Positions 1 through 8,442 of a stretch of DNA of 64,000 bases are shown piece by piece. A model generated the notes under the pieces. That model saw only the letters and a program-made list of their open reading frames with translations. It was not told the origin of the DNA and did not search any database. Positions within the stretch are counted from its first letter, which is position 1; every line of letters begins with the position of its first letter. The stretch is from a virus: positions 602-64,601 of the IMG/VR virus record IMGVR_UViG_3300023212_000059. The stretch is one strand, 5' to 3'. The position numbers and the translations under genes were made by a program.

Positions 1-76
1 TCAGGAACTTGTTCGTCAACAACGCTCCCAAGAATTTGCACCTGTTCGGAAAGCACATGCCGATCTTCAACTTCAT
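1..76 (-). CDS. 5' fragment of a gene running off the window (MKLKIGMCFPNRCKF...)
   Basis: ATG overlaps the HNH stop (ATGA); frame open to the window edge. Confidence 0.5.
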   Translation of the reverse strand, partial: MKLKIGMCFPNRCKFLGALLTNKFL

Positions 77-435
77 TCACGCAAACGCCTCTTGTGTGGA
101 CATTTGCCATAAAATCCTTTGGCTTGATTGCAATTGTGGCAAAGGACTTGATACCCAATCGGAAAATCGTTTTGAATTAGCCAAGAATAAAGGTACTTCG
201 ATCCCAATTGACGACGATGCCGACTGCCGCCTCCAGCGACATGATCTATCGACATAAATTCGTATATATCTTCGCCGCAACATCGACACTCAGGCTTCCC
301 TTTCGCGTAGTGAGTCAGAACCAGAAGACGTTGCATCTTCCAGTAATTTTTCTTCGCTGCTGCTATCTGCTTTCGGTTCGCCTTTCGATACCAGCGGTTG
401 TACCTCAGACGTTCCTCTGGACTCTTCCTCGGCAT
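73..435 (-). CDS. HNH (beta-beta-alpha-Me) endonuclease, probably a free-standing homing endonuclease
   Basis: CRCC...SIDH..GGG..HR...YQVLCHNCN pattern; visibly more A/T-rich than its neighbours. Confidence 0.8.
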   Translation of the reverse strand: MPRKSPEERLRYNRWYRKANRKQIAAAKKNYWKMQRLLVLTHYAKGKPECRCCGEDIYEFMSIDHVAGGGSRHRRQLGSKYLYSWLIQNDFPIGYQVLCHNCNQAKGFYGKCPHKRRLRE

Positions 436-1375
436 TGAATTGCCTCTTTAGAAGCTCTTCTTTATACCACAAAGCTAGCCCGGCCGTCACACCACGGCGG
501 AGCTTCGGCCATGCCCAGACCCAGAGCTTGTTCTTGATCTCATCCGAACACTCCTTCTCGACGTCGTCTGGGACTTCCTTGAACAGAAGCCCAATGTCAC
601 GCGGCGAGTCTTCCAGGACGCCAAGCTCCCGGAGGTGTTGAACGGCTTTCTGGAACCGAGCCGGAGTGTGATACATCGAGATGAGCATTTCAATGACGTC
701 GCCCTGGTTCGGGTTCTCCTTCTTCCACTCGGCAGCGTGGACTTCCTTGAACGCTTCCGAGACGAACTTGCCCATGAGCACTTTCTTGTCCAGACCGAAG
801 CGAGCGTAGTTCTTCACAACGACGCCTTCGATCTTCTGACCGCCAAGGAAAGACGGCGTATCCAGAAGCTCACGAAAGAACTCGATGCTCTTGACGGCTC
901 CCTGGAACAGAACCGGGATGTAGTCAAACCACAGACGCTCGGCCTCAGCCGCCACGCCTTCCGGCGGCAAGAAGTCCTGGTCGCCTGCCTCGATGTCGAA
1001 GAGAACGATGTTGTTCTTCGGGACACGGTCGTAAGCGAGCGTGGTGTGCTTGGGCTTCGCCAGATATTCGCCCCGGTAAATCCAGCCTGGTCGCAATTCG
1101 CTTGCGACCGCTTGAATGGCCGCGACGCCTTTGGCGAACATCTTTTCCGGCGCAAGGACCTGAATCTCGGCGCCCTTCGAACGGACATGCAACACACGCT
1201 CCCCAGGCGAATACAAATATCCTGACGTTCCCATGCCTTCCTCGAACACGGCGAAGCTGATCTGTGAGCCGTCCACCTTCTCCTGAACGACGACCGTGTC
1301 GAGCAGAAGCTCGGAGAGCGCTCGATGACCCATCGCATAGACCGACGGATACGAGTGAATTCGGCTCATGGTCAC
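290..1375 (-). CDS. ATP-dependent RNA ligase, Rnl2-like
   Basis: Nucleotidyltransferase motifs QEKVDGS (I), YRGEY (III), VLFDI (IIIa), IEGVVVK (IV), MGKFV (V); last ~48 codons overlap the HNH gene. Confidence 0.8.
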   Translation of the reverse strand: MTMSRIHSYPSVYAMGHRALSELLLDTVVVQEKVDGSQISFAVFEEGMGTSGYLYSPGERVLHVRSKGAEIQVLAPEKMFAKGVAAIQAVASELRPGWIYRGEYLAKPKHTTLAYDRVPKNNIVLFDIEAGDQDFLPPEGVAAEAERLWFDYIPVLFQGAVKSIEFFRELLDTPSFLGGQKIEGVVVKNYARFGLDKKVLMGKFVSEAFKEVHAAEWKKENPNQGDVIEMLISMYHTPARFQKAVQHLRELGVLEDSPRDIGLLFKEVPDDVEKECSDEIKNKLWVWAWPKLRRGVTAGLALWYKEELLKRQFNAEEESRGTSEVQPLVSKGEPKADSSSEEKLLEDATSSGSDSLREREA

Positions 1376-1548
1376 CTCTGCTCTGGATGCATGTTCGGGA
1401 AAGTCGGCGGTGTGCCGCTGATCTTTTGCGACGCGACGAGGATCAGAACTTCCAGGTCACGGCGCGAGACGGTGACGTCCGCCTCGTCGCGTGTGGCTGC
1501 GGCGGCGAGACGACGAAACGCGTTACGAAGCTCGGCTCGGGCGATCAC
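1372..1548 (-). CDS. hypothetical protein (58 aa)
   Basis: GTG start; GTGA overlaps at both ends. Confidence 0.55.
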   Translation of the reverse strand: MIARAELRNAFRRLAAAATRDEADVTVSRRDLEVLILVASQKISGTPPTFPNMHPEQR

Positions 1549-1724
1549 TTGTACGATTTTTGGAACGTGCAGTCGTGGCCGACGACGGTGTACGCGTCAG
1601 GCTTCTCCATGACCACGCACTCACCCTGACCGACGCGGGTAATCCTGGTTCCGAACAGCGTACCGCAGCCGGCGAACAGGGCAATGGCAGCGATGAGCGG
1701 GGCGATGATGACGAGCGTCTTCAT
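1545..1724 (-). CDS. small lipoprotein
   Basis: Signal peptide with lipobox FAG-C; AGGAGG RBS. Confidence 0.65.
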   Translation of the reverse strand: MKTLVIIAPLIAAIALFAGCGTLFGTRITRVGQGECVVMEKPDAYTVVGHDCTFQKSYK

Positions 1725-1745
1725 AGGTCGTACCTCCTTGCGCAC

Positions 1746-1775
1746 CTTAACACAGTGTCAAGGATTTGCACAACC
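1746..1775 (-). promoter_or_regulatory. putative sigma70-type promoter (TTGTGC-18-TAAGGT, extended -10 TG)
   Basis: A/T-rich gap directly upstream of an AGGAGG RBS. Confidence 0.4.
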
Positions 1776-2345
1776 CCAAAAATTGGGTGGCATCTTTGGG
1801 TCGTCAAGACTCTCAAGTATGTAGTTGTAGAGGATTTTCCCGGTGCGACCGTTGCCATCCACGAACGGATGGATTTCCTCGAACTGCTTGTACGCCTCAT
1901 CTGCCGAGAGCCCTCGGGCGATGGCTTCGCAGAGGTTGCTTATCGCGTGAGGAACATGTGAGTGATGCAGCGGAACCAGAGTAGCGCCGACGCAGATCGG
2001 CACCTGTCTCCAGCCCGGCTGGCACCGCTCGACCATGCTGCCCCACTTCTGAATCCACTCAGGTGCCACGACCCGGTGTCCATTCTCGAATCCCGCTGCG
2101 TTGAAGTCGGACTTCGCCTGCTGCCATGCTTCGAGCATCCAGTAGACGGCAAGCGGTCCTGCCTTCTGACGGGCGACTTCTTCAGCGCAGTATTTGACGA
2201 GGTTCATGTCGATAGGACACGCCGGAGCTTCTACTCGCTTGACCGGCCACTCGTACGGCGTCTTCTTGCCGGGCGGCAGAATTGGTTTGTCCTTAAACGT
2301 CTCGCCACTGAACGTGATGCGGCCTACAGTTAAATCCTTTTTCAT
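1758..2345 (-). CDS. Fic/Doc family protein
   Basis: HPFVDGNGRTGK motif. Confidence 0.85.
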   Translation of the reverse strand: MKKDLTVGRITFSGETFKDKPILPPGKKTPYEWPVKRVEAPACPIDMNLVKYCAEEVARQKAGPLAVYWMLEAWQQAKSDFNAAGFENGHRVVAPEWIQKWGSMVERCQPGWRQVPICVGATLVPLHHSHVPHAISNLCEAIARGLSADEAYKQFEEIHPFVDGNGRTGKILYNYILESLDDPKMPPNFWGCANP

Positions 2346-2545
2346 TCCCTGGTTCCTTCCAGCAGGAATCCGCACCGACCACACTCGACATAAGTGCCGT
2401 AACCCGACAAGTCCAAGTCTTCGAATCGACTCACCGTCCGACAGAGCTTGAACTTTGTGCGCGGCTCGTAACCGAAGCTCTCACAAACCACTTTGTGGAA
2501 GTAGCGTACAACGGACTCAGGCATCATGAGCATGAACTCAAGCAT
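2342..2545 (-). CDS. hypothetical protein with CxxC
   Basis: Coupled ORF; VECGRCG. Confidence 0.55.
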   Translation of the reverse strand: MLEFMLMMPESVVRYFHKVVCESFGYEPRTKFKLCRTVSRFEDLDLSGYGTYVECGRCGFLLEGTRE

Positions 2546-3026
2546 CGGCGTCGCCTCCCATCATGAGTCTCATGCCGTGGTTCTCGCAGTCGTGTGAGCC
2601 GTCCGGCAGAACCATCTGCGGCGCATCGCAGACATCGCACCAATCACCGAAGTGAGCACGCTTGACGTACTTCATACGGCGTCTCAACATTTCTTCCGCA
2701 GTGCTACGAGGAACAAAACCAGCCTCGCAAAGTCGTTGGTGCGCGAGTGGGATGAGCTTCGGGTGCATCGACATGCCCCATTGATCCTGACCAATGGGAA
2801 CGACGCGCGTCTTCTTGCGTGCGCTCTCCGGGATGTACGGCCAGAACTCTTCATCTACGAGCAGGATGTCGTCCGCCCAGGCACAGAGCATCGCGATGGT
2901 GTTGTCGTGGTTCTTCTCAGCGCTCACGGCGAGGACGTCGTGATTGCCCCGGAAGCTGTACTTCAGGAGCGTCGCGAGCGTCACGCTCCGACACGATCCG
3001 CCGGCACAGACACAGAGAATCTTCAA
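2538..3026 (-). CDS. low-molecular-weight protein tyrosine/arginine phosphatase-like protein
   Basis: N-terminal ILCVCAGGSCRS is the C-x5-R-S P-loop; distal Asp in GQDQWG. Confidence 0.75.
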   Translation of the reverse strand: MKILCVCAGGSCRSVTLATLLKYSFRGNHDVLAVSAEKNHDNTIAMLCAWADDILLVDEEFWPYIPESARKKTRVVPIGQDQWGMSMHPKLIPLAHQRLCEAGFVPRSTAEEMLRRRMKYVKRAHFGDWCDVCDAPQMVLPDGSHDCENHGMRLMMGGDADA

Positions 3027-3042
3027 AACGGGTCCACTGGTT

Positions 3043-3243
3043 TCATCTCAACGCTCCCATTGTGATCGACGGCAGCCACCGCCGTTTCCACATCACAAAC
3101 TCGATGAATCGGAACCTCTTGAAAGACACCCAAGCCCAAACGATGAAGAGATGAAAACTGCCTGGTTCAGGTCCAGAGAAAAGGATACCGGCGCCCTTGT
3201 CGTACTCTGCTTCGTGCTCCACCGTGAACTTCACTTTGATCAT
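3043..3243 (-). CDS. hypothetical protein
   Basis: Coupled ORF, 66 aa. Confidence 0.5.
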   Translation of the reverse strand: MIKVKFTVEHEAEYDKGAGILFSGPEPGSFHLFIVWAWVSFKRFRFIEFVMWKRRWLPSITMGALR

Positions 3244-3383
3244 GGTTCCTCGATGAGAGTTGGCGCGACGAGTCGAATAGGCTCAGTGTGAGATGCCGTG
3301 AGGTTCATCCATGCCAAGAGAAGCGCGAAAAAGAGTAGTAGCACCATTGCTGGCCACCAACCCTCGTCATCATCGTTTCCCAT
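3240..3383 (-). CDS. small membrane protein (47 aa)
   Basis: MGNDDDEGWWPAMVLLLFFALLLAW..., one TM segment; ATGA overlap downstream. Confidence 0.5.
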   Translation of the reverse strand: MGNDDDEGWWPAMVLLLFFALLLAWMNLTASHTEPIRLVAPTLIEEP

Positions 3384-3394
3384 TAGCGGGAATT

Positions 3395-3560
3395 AAAGCG
3401 CGAACGGTCGGCAACTTCACCAGCCGCTAGCGACCCGACGAGTGGACTACCACCATACGTCACCAAGGTTACCTACCGTCGGTTCTGGCGCATCCGTTCA
3501 GACGGAGCCGCATCGCCGCTCCGTTCGCGCTTTTTCCAAGGACATCGCCCTTGGTTACTG
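3395..3560 (-). ncRNA. candidate structured ncRNA or cis-regulatory leader
   Basis: Perfect 13-bp closing stem (3395-3407/3521-3533) enclosing several hairpins, plus a 5' hairpin CCAAGG/CCTTGG; no good ORF; promoter just upstream. Confidence 0.5.
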
Positions 3561-3565
3561 CACGA

Positions 3566-3595
3566 CTCTATCACAAGATTCCACGATTGTTCAAC
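3566..3595 (-). promoter_or_regulatory. putative sigma70 promoter TTGAAC-18-TAGAGT with extended -10
   Basis: Minus strand TTGAACaatcgtggaatcttgTGaTAGAGT. Confidence 0.45.
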
Positions 3596-3881
3596 CGCCA
3601 CAATCACAACAGTCCGGGACAGGCTCGTCGTGCGGCGGGTGATGCAGGTCGTGCCACGACTCCTTGAAACACTGAGAGCACACCCATTCGCCGTCGAAGA
3701 TGTGCTGTTGGCCCTTGGGGATCGGACTCTGGCAGAAATGACATCTCGGCTGCTTCAACAGGCCGGCGACGCTCATCGCCTTGGAAATGGCGTCGAGTTG
3801 ACTCTGAAGCTGATCACGCTCACGAGTGACTTCATCAAGCGCCACCTGTAGCTCTTCCAAAAGCGTGCTCAGTGTCGGCAT
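3591..3881 (-). CDS. coiled-coil plus Zn-finger hypothetical protein
   Basis: Heptad-like N-terminus; CxxC...CxxC. Confidence 0.6.
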   Translation of the reverse strand: MPTLSTLLEELQVALDEVTRERDQLQSQLDAISKAMSVAGLLKQPRCHFCQSPIPKGQQHIFDGEWVCSQCFKESWHDLHHPPHDEPVPDCCDCGG

Positions 3882-4135
3882 CAGTCGCCTCCGTAACTCA
3901 GCAAACCGTACCACACCTCGATGCGCCACCGGAAGAGTGCAACCTGAACGAACGGTGCCTTGAGACACGGCCAGTAACCGACGCGGATGCCGAACGCCTG
4001 AACGTAACGACGACGCGTCCCATGTCCACCGCTGTTATAGCGATATGGGAACAAATCTGACCGTCCAGTGCGGACCATAAAGCGCAGCCGACGGAATTTC
4101 TTTTCGATCTCTCTCCAAGGCGTGTGGCCGCTCAT
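3881..4135 (-). CDS. hypothetical protein
   Basis: Coupled ORF starting MSGHTPW. Confidence 0.55.
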   Translation of the reverse strand: MSGHTPWREIEKKFRRLRFMVRTGRSDLFPYRYNSGGHGTRRRYVQAFGIRVGYWPCLKAPFVQVALFRWRIEVWYGLLSYGGD

Positions 4136-4384
4136 TTGACGACGATCTCCGGCAAGACGAATATCGAGTGGATGATCGTCGGCAACATGAAAGCCGCCAA
4201 ACCCATCAGGATCGTGAGCAGAATCTTCCGGATCACGACTTAACACGTCGTCTCGATGTACGGAACATCCTCCATCGGCTCGGGGTCCAACGGGTCCTTT
4301 TCCTCTTCGAGCTTCAGCTTGCGGAAGTGTTGTGCGATCTGATCCGACGGAATTTCGAACGCACCTGGACGAAATTGCTCCACC

Positions 4385-4693
4385 TTACTCCCCTACAACA
4401 AGGTTCTTCGCACGCCGAAGCTTGATGTCGTCGCTCATCCTCATGCACGAGACTGCATCGGAAAGCGGTCGCTCGTCCGTTACGACTGTGCGGACTCGAT
4501 TGCCGTCGTCCTGCACGACTGTCGGAGCGCTACGGTCTGGATGAGAACAGTGCCACTCGTAGAGATGTGAGTACAGTCGGCTGATGTTGGCCCCAACCAT
4601 CCGAGCCTCGGCCGCAAGCTCAGCGGGGAGATGTTGGGCAAGGCAGTGGATTTCCTCCGCCGCCTTCGCCAACAACGCGAAGTCGATGTTCAC
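4385..4693 (-). CDS. hypothetical protein
   Basis: Coupled ORF, 102 aa. Confidence 0.6.
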   Translation of the reverse strand: MNIDFALLAKAAEEIHCLAQHLPAELAAEARMVGANISRLYSHLYEWHCSHPDRSAPTVVQDDGNRVRTVVTDERPLSDAVSCMRMSDDIKLRRAKNLVVGE

Positions 4694-5046
4694 GCCGGCA
4701 ATCCGAGCGCCTTCAAGATACGCAGCCGAAGCGAAAACGTTTTTTCACCGTACGAGTCGCAACAATCCCTTACGGAAGAGTCGGCCGCCATCGCGATGCT
4801 CTCTGAGGTGCGAACCGTGAGCCCGACCCGTCGATAAACGCCGACATAGTCACACCCAGAGATGCCGACCAGCGCAGTGATAGGACACTGCTTGAGTCCG
4901 AGGCCGTGCCACTCGAAGAACCCTTTAACGTCTGGTGGACAAGGCCGGCGAATAAGGCCGTGCTCGTCCACGAACCAGCCGGTTCCCGCCGTCTTCTTCA
5001 GGCGTCGAAGGAACTTTGTGATCTTCGCCTTGTCTGACGTTCTCAT
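4690..5046 (-). CDS. hypothetical protein
   Basis: ATGA-coupled ORF starting MRTSDK. Confidence 0.6.
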   Translation of the reverse strand: MRTSDKAKITKFLRRLKKTAGTGWFVDEHGLIRRPCPPDVKGFFEWHGLGLKQCPITALVGISGCDYVGVYRRVGLTVRTSESIAMAADSSVRDCCDSYGEKTFSLRLRILKALGLPA

Positions 5047-5279
5047 GCCGCCTCCGCTTGATGTCGCGCTCTGTGCGCGTTCTTCATGAACTGAAGAACC
5101 ACGTCGTTCATCGCTCGGTAGATCGTACCACAGCACTTGAAGGAAAAGCAAGGGCCTGTCCACTTTTCGGCCTGAGCTTCCCAGGCGGACAAGCGGCGTG
5201 GTCTCTTGGGTTTTCTCGGCCTCTCAAGCTCGACGAGCGGGTTGTCGTAGTCCCTGAATTCCTGCTGGCGGGAATTCAT
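5043..5279 (-). CDS. hypothetical protein
   Basis: ATGA-coupled ORF starting MNSRQQ. Confidence 0.5.
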   Translation of the reverse strand: MNSRQQEFRDYDNPLVELERPRKPKRPRRLSAWEAQAEKWTGPCFSFKCCGTIYRAMNDVVLQFMKNAHRARHQAEAA

Positions 5280-5421
5280 TCCGAAGCTCCATCTACGACG
5301 TGCCAATGCCCAGACTCTATCGCGCACTTAGCCCAATCGTGATCTGACAAGAACGTGAAGTCCTTGCCGCAGTTCTGACAGTGATACAACTTGCCGGAGA
5401 GAACTAGACTGAGGACATCCA

Positions 5422-5829
5422 TCACGTCTTGATCCTCCGGCCGAGCCCCTGGACCACGCGTGTGATCAGGTTCGGCTTCGGCGGTTCAAGTGCAGGCTTT
5501 GTCGGTTCAGGTACAGGACCGTGGATTTCGATTCCGTCCCGTCCTCCCTCTATCGGGACACCGCCGGGCGGCGGTAACGCCAACGGCGTCGCGGGGAAGC
5601 GCTGAAATATTTCAAGAATCTTCTTGTTCAGTTCTGCGATCTGTCGGTCTTCAAGCGAGCGCTGCTGTCGGTCCTTCACGATCTTGTAGTCGTACTTCTT
5701 CTCCTGAGCCCACGCTCGGGCCTGCTCGGCTATCTCAAGCTCGTATTCAAGTCGCGGGATGTCAGACTCCCGGCCTTCGAGTGCAGCGAGGCGTAGTTGG
5801 TCCCGATAGAATTGCGGATCAGCCGCCAT
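5422..5829 (-). CDS. hypothetical protein with Pro-rich tail and RRIKT C-terminus
   Basis: Helical N-terminus, Pro-rich linker, ends GRRIKT*. Confidence 0.65.
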   Translation of the reverse strand: MAADPQFYRDQLRLAALEGRESDIPRLEYELEIAEQARAWAQEKKYDYKIVKDRQQRSLEDRQIAELNKKILEIFQRFPATPLALPPPGGVPIEGGRDGIEIHGPVPEPTKPALEPPKPNLITRVVQGLGRRIKT

Positions 5830-6163
5830 GAACACGAGCTTTCGCAAGCAGACGCTCGGCCTTTTCCAAGTCGTTCCGAGCGAGCGTGATCTTGTCCTTG
5901 AGCGTCTGGATGTAGCGGTTCCACGCGTCTTGAGGCGTAAAGCTCACCCACTCAGGCTGGTGACGAGAACGGCAGTGGAATTCCAAATCTGTTCGCTCCG
6001 TGAAGACCATCTTCGGACTGCGCTTGATGATCTTTGCACTGACGAGCTTCGGCGTTGGGTCTGGACCGTACGGCTCGTAAATAGCGTAGATGTACTCAGG
6101 CTCGTGGACTTGATCCACAGGCGGCCGTCCTGGGTTTAGCGGGATGCTCATGTTCTTCGACAC
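5819..6163 (-). CDS. hypothetical protein
   Basis: 114-aa ORF with C-terminal coiled coil. Confidence 0.6.
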   Translation of the reverse strand: MSKNMSIPLNPGRPPVDQVHEPEYIYAIYEPYGPDPTPKLVSAKIIKRSPKMVFTERTDLEFHCRSRHQPEWVSFTPQDAWNRYIQTLKDKITLARNDLEKAERLLAKARVHGG

Positions 6164-6522
6164 TCCTTTCGCTCAACGCGTTTGATGACATTGCAGTTAG
6201 CACAAAGCACTTGGTACTTGCTTTTGTCCAGGTCTCTCAGAACCTTGTAGTAAAACGCGGCACCGGGAAACGCTTTAAACTCGGCGTTGCCGCCGCCATT
6301 CACATGATCAATCTGAAGAGCCCGAACGTCATCATACCCGCATTTGCAACGCAAGTCTAGTCCACCAACTGCGTGAAGAGCACGGATACGGACTTCGTTG
6401 TAGTGCTGTCTTTGATACTCTGGCTCACGAGACGGCGAACACGCGCCAGCAGGACGCTGCCACCTAAAACGAGGTGTGCCACCTTTGTACGGCCGCTCTA
6501 CACGGACTAACCCTTGACGCAT
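6148..6522 (-). CDS. HNH endonuclease, same family as 73..435
   Basis: CKCG...LQIDHVNGGG...YQVLCANCN; A/T-richer; overlaps the rtcB 3' end. Confidence 0.8.
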   Translation of the reverse strand: MRQGLVRVERPYKGGTPRFRWQRPAGACSPSREPEYQRQHYNEVRIRALHAVGGLDLRCKCGYDDVRALQIDHVNGGGNAEFKAFPGAAFYYKVLRDLDKSKYQVLCANCNVIKRVERKECRRT

Positions 6523-7706
6523 AACACCTGTTTTAGCGTGTACACCACTTCGATCAGGTCACCTTGCGCGGCGATCACTGCGTCGATGTCCTTGTACGCG
6601 CCGGGCGTCTCATCGAGCACACCTTCGTCTGTCCGGCACTCCACACCGGCAACAGCGCGCTCGTGGTCTTCCTTCGTAAAGAGCTTCCGAGCGGCAGAAC
6701 GAGACATCCGTCGGCCGGCGCCGTGGCTGCACGATGTGAAACTCTCGACGTTGCCCTTGCCGCGCACGATGTACGAGCGGGTGCCCATCGAGCCCGGAAT
6801 GATGCCCATTTCACCCTCGCGAGCCGAGACGGCGCCCTTGCGAGTCACGAGCACGTTCTCGCCGAAGTGATTCTCTCGGCGCACGTAGTTGTGGTGGCAG
6901 TTCGCGACGACTTCGACGAAGCCGAGCCCCTTGTAACCGAGAATCGTCGCAAGCGCCACGCCGATCCGTTCGAGCATGAGCGCACGGTTCTCATACGCGT
7001 ACTTCTGAGCCCATCCGACCGCCTGGACGTAGTCGTTGAAGTGCTGCGTGCCCTCCGACAGGTATGCCAAGTCCTGGTCCGGCAGGTTGATGAAGTGAAC
7101 GCGCATGTCTTCACGGGCCAAGGTGATGAAGTAGTGTCCGATCACGTTTCCGATGTTGCGCGAGCCTGAATGGAGCATCATCCAGACCCGCTGATCCTGG
7201 TCCAGGCAAATCTCGATGAAGTGGTTGCCGCCGCCGAGCGAACCGAGTTGATCCACGATCCGGTTCGCGTTCTTGGCGACTTTCGGATGCTTCTGAGAAA
7301 TGATCGTGAAGTCCGAGGCCAACACCATGTTCCACGCCTCCTGAACAGGCTTTGGCACGAACGAACCATGCCCTTCTCGACCAACAGGGACCATCTTCTC
7401 GATGAGCCGGCGCAGAGGCTTCAGATCGGACGGAAGGTCGTTCGCCGTGAACTGCGTGCGAGCCGCTATCATGCCGCAGCCGATGTCCACACCGACAGCG
7501 GCCGGGATGATGGCGCCCTTCGTCGGGATCACAGAGCCCACAGTCGCGCCGATGCCCCAATGAACATCCGGCATGACAGCCACGTGCTTGAAGATGAACG
7601 GCAGGCTGGCGACGTTGCGAAGCTGATTCAGCGCCTCGTGCTCCACCTCGACGCCGTCCGTCCACATCTTGATCGGCTTGCGGTTCTGTTCGGCGATGAC
7701 GTTCAT
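6507..7706 (-). CDS. rtcB: RtcB family RNA ligase (2',3'-cyclic-phosphate/3'-phosphate to 5'-OH)
   Basis: MPDVH, VGVDIGCG, GSLGGGNHF, LHSGSR, CHHNY, GSMG, SCSHGAGR, DETPGAYK motifs; ATG at 7706 in an ATGA overlap. Confidence 0.95.
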   Translation of the reverse strand: MNVIAEQNRKPIKMWTDGVEVEHEALNQLRNVASLPFIFKHVAVMPDVHWGIGATVGSVIPTKGAIIPAAVGVDIGCGMIAARTQFTANDLPSDLKPLRRLIEKMVPVGREGHGSFVPKPVQEAWNMVLASDFTIISQKHPKVAKNANRIVDQLGSLGGGNHFIEICLDQDQRVWMMLHSGSRNIGNVIGHYFITLAREDMRVHFINLPDQDLAYLSEGTQHFNDYVQAVGWAQKYAYENRALMLERIGVALATILGYKGLGFVEVVANCHHNYVRRENHFGENVLVTRKGAVSAREGEMGIIPGSMGTRSYIVRGKGNVESFTSCSHGAGRRMSRSAARKLFTKEDHERAVAGVECRTDEGVLDETPGAYKDIDAVIAAQGDLIEVVYTLKQVLCVKG

Positions 7707-8074
7707 TTCCTCGCCTCCCATATCCCTTCGTAGGCTTTGACAGCGTCTTCAAGCCTCGCTTGCGCTTTTCGCGCTGCTGCGATGGCCTGATCCATCGTTT
7801 CTCCAGGATACACAGTAAAATTTTCGGCGCGTAACGTGTCTCTCACAACTTCTGTTCGCTTCGTGAACGCCTTGGCCGCCTCATACAACTTCTTTGACCC
7901 GGCAGTACGTCCGAGATAGTCCCGAGACCGTTGAAGCTCTTCTAGAACTGTGACGATCTCCTTGATCTCCCAAGCTTCGAGGACCATTTCCGCCTGCGGG
8001 CCGTCGTCCCGTTGATGGTCCTTGATCATGTCGATGATCTCGGTCAGCCGCTTGTTGGGCACGCAGTGAGGCAT
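7703..8074 (-). CDS. hypothetical protein
   Basis: Coupled ORF, 123 aa. Confidence 0.6.
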   Translation of the reverse strand: MPHCVPNKRLTEIIDMIKDHQRDDGPQAEMVLEAWEIKEIVTVLEELQRSRDYLGRTAGSKKLYEAAKAFTKRTEVVRDTLRAENFTVYPGETMDQAIAAARKAQARLEDAVKAYEGIWEARK

Positions 8075-8442
8075 TACGAAGTTCTCTTCTCGAAAAATAC
8101 CGTCGGTCTTCGATCTGTCTCGAAGAAGACCCGAAGCATGGAAAGCAACTCACGCTTACGATCAGAGCCAAGGCACGCTTGAAGAGCGATCCTCTGGATG
8201 TCCGTAAGCTCGTCAACCGAAAGCACACGAAGGTACACATGCTTGTTGCCGCCTTTGCTTACAGTCGTCTTTATGTGCTTTAAGAAGAACCCGTTGTTTT
8301 CCAATACTGCTTCCATAGCGGTAAAATGTTCCAAATCCACCGGATTATCAATATCCAGAAAAAGTTCATTCTTTTCTGGTTCAACACAGACGAGTCCTTC
8401 TCTTTCCGCAACCAACTTGGGGTTTTCGGAAAGCTCACTCAT
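8074..8442 (-). CDS. small protein with AEP (primase-polymerase)-like motifs
   Basis: ELFLDID and SKGGNKHVY resemble AEP motifs I and II. Confidence 0.45.
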   Translation of the reverse strand: MSELSENPKLVAEREGLVCVEPEKNELFLDIDNPVDLEHFTAMEAVLENNGFFLKHIKTTVSKGGNKHVYLRVLSVDELTDIQRIALQACLGSDRKRELLSMLRVFFETDRRPTVFFEKRTS

